This document shows positions 60,033-64,000 of a stretch of 64,000 nt of DNA, one piece after another. The translations under genes were made by a program, and so were the position numbers. The stretch is from Candidatus Zapsychrus exili. Its GTDB lineage: Bacteria > Omnitrophota > Gorgyraeia > Zapsychrales > Zapsychraceae. Position 1 is the first letter of the stretch. Each line of letters opens with the position of its first letter. Below the pieces are notes generated by a model. That model saw only the letters and a program-made list of their open reading frames with translations. It was not told where the DNA came from and searched no databases. The stretch lies in NCBI GenBank assembly GCA_030765585.1, contig JAVCCJ010000121.1, positions 7,233 to 71,232 of the forward strand, in the 5' to 3' direction.

Positions 60033-63000
60033 AAGCACCAGCTGATGCAACTTACAATCCTATTTATAACAGAATTAGTGGAAAGATAGTAGAAAAGCTA
60101 GATACTGAAGATGGAATTATTATAACTGTAAAAGATGGAGAGAAAGAGGCTTCTTATATAGTTGTTGCAACTCATTTAAATGAAGACGACATAGTAATGG
60201 AGGGAGCTCTTTTAGGTGTATCTTTTGATAAACAAGCTTCTGATGAAACTTTAGAAGAACAAATAGAGATGCAAATAGCAGATATAAGAGAAGGCATAGA
60301 AGATAAAGAAGAAAGAGTTGATGAGATTTTAGATGATGTTGCAAAATTCTTATCTACAAAAGCTATGTTTGTAGATCAAGGATCATTTGAGTATGAAACA
60401 TTGGTTGAGAAATTAAAAAACAATGATTTAAGTACAAGATTAGCTGTTGTATCAGCTTTGGTTAATGCATATGGCGTTGATCCTAAAAATACAATTAATG
60501 GTCTTTTTGCAAGAAATAGCGAGTTAAGAGGCGAAGATCAAACAACTAATTTATTAGCATATGTAGGTCTTAATTATGTTCCAGGAAATGCAGTATTTAC
60601 AAAGGGTATTAATTTAGGCGGAAATAATAGTTTAGATATTGGTCTTGCAATTAATAGTCGTTATTCACAATTCTTACAAATTTTAAATATGACATTAGGA
60701 TATGAAGACCTTATTGCGAAACAAGGCGTAGGTGCTGTTTTAGGATGGATATTCTATGTAGAGGCTGCAGCAGAAGTATTTAATGGATTTCAAGGAATGA
60801 TAACAGGTTTTTCAGATAGAGGTGGAATTATAAGACCAATAAAAAGAGGAGTATGGACTGCTGTTTATGATGCGGCAGAAGAAAAAGGCGATCCTAGGAT
60901 AGTTGAAAAAGACGGAGAAACCATACTTAAGAAAGAGACTAAATCTTATTCAGTACATGTATCAGCTGCCAGCGCTATTAAAGATCTTATGAGAGAAACT
61001 TTAGGACATGTTATTCCTTCATTATTTGGTGATCCAGAGAAAGTTGCTATTTGGGAAGCAAGATACCCAATTTATCTTCCAGGAAATGTTCAACTAAGAT
61101 TCCTTAAAGAAGGTATTGCAAATACTGATGAGAATATTATTTATTCAATACAAAGAGGACGTGAAGGGGAGAAAGCAGAAGGACTTAAGGGAGATGCATC
61201 TGAGTATATCTTTGGCTATAAGATTGATTTAAACAAAACAACAGTGACTGAAGAGAATCCTTTAGGAACTAAAGAATTAATGTTTGCTTCTCGTATGTTT
61301 GCCAAAGATAAAAATGGTGAGCTTTTACTTAAAGAGTGGTTAGAAAAACCATATAACGCTATGTATAATAAAGAACCTGGCGAGATGTATATAGTTCCTT
61401 CAAGACATACATTAGAGAATGTTGGCGATCTAAGAGACGTTGCAAGGGGTTATGATTTTGATGCTGATGGAGAAAAAAGAACAATACTAGCTGCAGCAAT
61501 TCATCCTACAACTGGTGTTGTTATGAGAAAGTATTATAAATATGATGGTATACCTGCATCAAATCCTGTTCCTGCATTTGAGCGTGATGGTATGACAATA
61601 TATGTTGCTGAAAATGAATATACTTATGAAGACATAAAAGTTAAGTCTAATCAAGATCCAAGTTTATCAATAGGAACAGTAGATGATAAGCCAATTCATC
61701 CATATATTATATATAGCAAGCCTTTAGCTGATATAGGTTATTGGTTTGGTGCAGAGTCAACAGATAATACAACAGCACATATTATGAAATTTAGCAAAGT
61801 AGCAACAAATGAGTCAGTGAATATGTATGAATATGCAGGTACTCAAGAATGGACTGAAGATGTAAAAGATATTAAAACAACTGAATTGGTTTGGAAAAAA
61901 TATGACGACAAAAAAGAAACTCCAATTAGAACAGCTGTTAAAATGTTTAACCCTAACAAGGGTGTTGTTGATACAGATAAAATAACAGGTGAGGATAAAT
62001 ATTCAGGAGATTATACAGAAATTACATTACCTGAAGGTTTAATTATAGTTGATGAGAATACAGGCAATATTACAGGCGCAGATGAAATAGGAATTATCGT
62101 TGAAAAACCAGCTGAGGTACCTATTGCGGTTGCTCATCTTATTGATCGCTCAGTATATTTATACACTCAAGAAGAAGTTGATGCGCTTTATTTACATGAG
62201 GCAGGTAAAGATTTAAAAGTTAATTTTGTTTGGGATTTTGCTGGAGCAGATTCTAGAAAAATTAATGTAATAAGAAATAATTCTAATCATGATGATCAAA
62301 CTGTAATGATAGTTGGTGGTCTAGGTCTTGATACAAAGGTAGACGAAAATGATTCAAAAGATCAACCTGAGGTAGGAATTTTAGAATATAGCAGAGCTAG
62401 CAGCCTTGAATATCAAAAAATATTTACAAAAATGGTAAACAATAAAGCGTTAGGTATGATTACTCGCGAAGATGGAACTATTGAGCTTATAACAAAAGAT
62501 AACTTCCCTGTTACAGAGCAGATAATAGAAAGTGTACCTGAGAAAGAATCTGATGATTTAGCAAGATATGCAAGAAAAGACCTTATGAATGTTGGCGAGG
62601 TTGAAGGTTTAATATCTATAGCTGGCATAGATGATATAGATGGAGAAATCAAAGCGCTTATAAATAAGACATTAGGATTAGAAGCTGATATATCAAGTAA
62701 AGATGCAGCTTATATTAAGGCAAAAGCAGAATATGAAAAAGATTTAGATCAGCTTGTATCAATTGAAGCTGTTTTAGGCCAAGAAAGTTTCTTTGCAAGA
62801 ACACATGCAATAAACGCTATGTTAAGAGGTTTTGAAGAAGAACAAAAGAAATTAGATGATGCTATTACAATAGGCGAAATTATAGCAAAGATGTCTGTAG
62901 GTGAAAATTCTGAGACTGGCGAACTTCAAATTAATTATAAAGATTTTATGACAGATTTAAGAGAAGAAGCAGTAGATAGAAATATGGATATTAATGATTT

Positions 63001-64000
63001 ATTAGAAAAGAAGATTATAAATTATTTTAATTCACAATTCTTTAAGAGTAGCGATGTTGCAGCTCTTGAAGAAGAAATTAGAAAAGCACAAGCTGCTCTT
63101 AATAAACTATATCATTTTAATGAAAATGATCCATTTGTAACATTTGATGAAGCTTATTTACATGTATATGGTCCTTGTGGAGTTGTACCAGGAACACTTG
63201 TTCAATCAGCAGATTTATTACTTCCAGCAGCGCAAATATCATTAGATTCGCTTCAAATGAATTTAACTACTGCAGAAGCTCTATTAAGCGATATAGAAGT
63301 AAATGGCTATGCTGACAATAGTAATACTTACAACAATATAGTCTTTACTCAAGAGAAGATATCAGAAGGCTTTACATATGAAAAAACAGATGACGGACAA
63401 TCAGATATATTATGCTCAACTATGGGTCGTATACAAAGATTAGAGCATGCTGTTATAAAGTGGCAAGCTGAATTAGTTAAAGCACAAAGTAATGTAGAGT
63501 GGAAAGCAATGGTAGAAGAGAATTTAGCACAAACTCAAAGTTGGTTAGCTTTAGAGAAAGACACATTTATTTTATTGCTTAAGATGAGTGTTATTTATTA
63601 TGATCCTACAGGTTTATTCTACACCGAAGCAAAAGAGATGCTTAAAGATGTTATTGCTCTTGCAGAAAGAAGAGTAGCATTAACATCAGAAGATATTAAT
63701 TTATTAGAGAGAGCAAAAAATACTAATATTCCAAATTATCAAGGACTATTCCTTATACCTCTAGAGTGGGACGAAGCAGAACTAGGCCCTCGCGATTCTG
63801 ATGTTTATACAATACCAGAAGTAGAAGCATATTGGATGTCTCGTCTTGTTGCAATTGATATGGAAATAAGAGCAATGCAAGAAATTATAACGAATAATGA
63901 AATAAGTGATGAAGCAAAGGCGCTGTTCGTACAGCTTATAGCTAATTTAGAACAAGAAAGAGACGACTACTATACAAATCATGCTAAGCCTGAGTTAGAA
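59909..64000 (+). CDS. Continuation of giant gene in -1 frame, 1364 codons, runs off window
   Basis: Read codon by codon with no stop from 59909 (NSHLFIFSKSPVYLYRENTSEEK...) to 64000 (...NHAKPELE). No good RBS/start at its beginning, and composition matches the upstream ORF. Confidence 0.85.

Noticed and set aside
31682-62652. Numerous short antisense and alternate-frame ORFs inside the giant gene
   Set aside because: Shadow ORFs of a long coding strand, with no recognisable motifs.
1-64000. tRNA, rRNA or known riboswitch
   Set aside because: None recognised by eye in the intergenic regions. An Infernal/tRNAscan run would be needed to exclude them.

Overview
AT-rich bacterial window with three parts. 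(1) 1-7024: housekeeping and signalling genes: a YeiH-type membrane protein cut by the window edge, a sensor kinase/receiver pair whose kinase core appears deleted, a PilZ-PilT fusion, a D-2-hydroxyacid dehydrogenase, a Nit1-like amidase and mdh. (2) 7275-26754: an atypical Tad/Flp pilus locus. It has a parvulin lipoprotein, CpaB, a secretin fused to a TonB C-terminal domain, a CpaE/TadZ-CpaF/TadA fusion, DUF192, a transposase-like HTH protein, 11 prepilin-like genes (one missed by the ORF track, two very large and Cys-rich) and TadB/TadC. (3) A 3.5 kb spacer full of REP-like palindromes, a nested MITE and a DUF1016N-thermonuclease gene, then a giant gene starting at 30255. Its 9925-aa ORF continues in the -1 frame from ~59909 with no stop to the window end (at least ~11,250 aa). 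By motif reading it carries a C39-like peptidase followed by a double-glycine-like site, an OmpA-like domain, two degenerate SecA-like ATPase modules, an M50 peptidase, many hydrophobic helices, an M23 peptidase and an SLT lytic transglycosylase. The layout resembles the Tad plus giant-gene loci reported for Ca. Omnitrophota; that taxonomy is inference. All domain calls are by eye and no HMM search was run.
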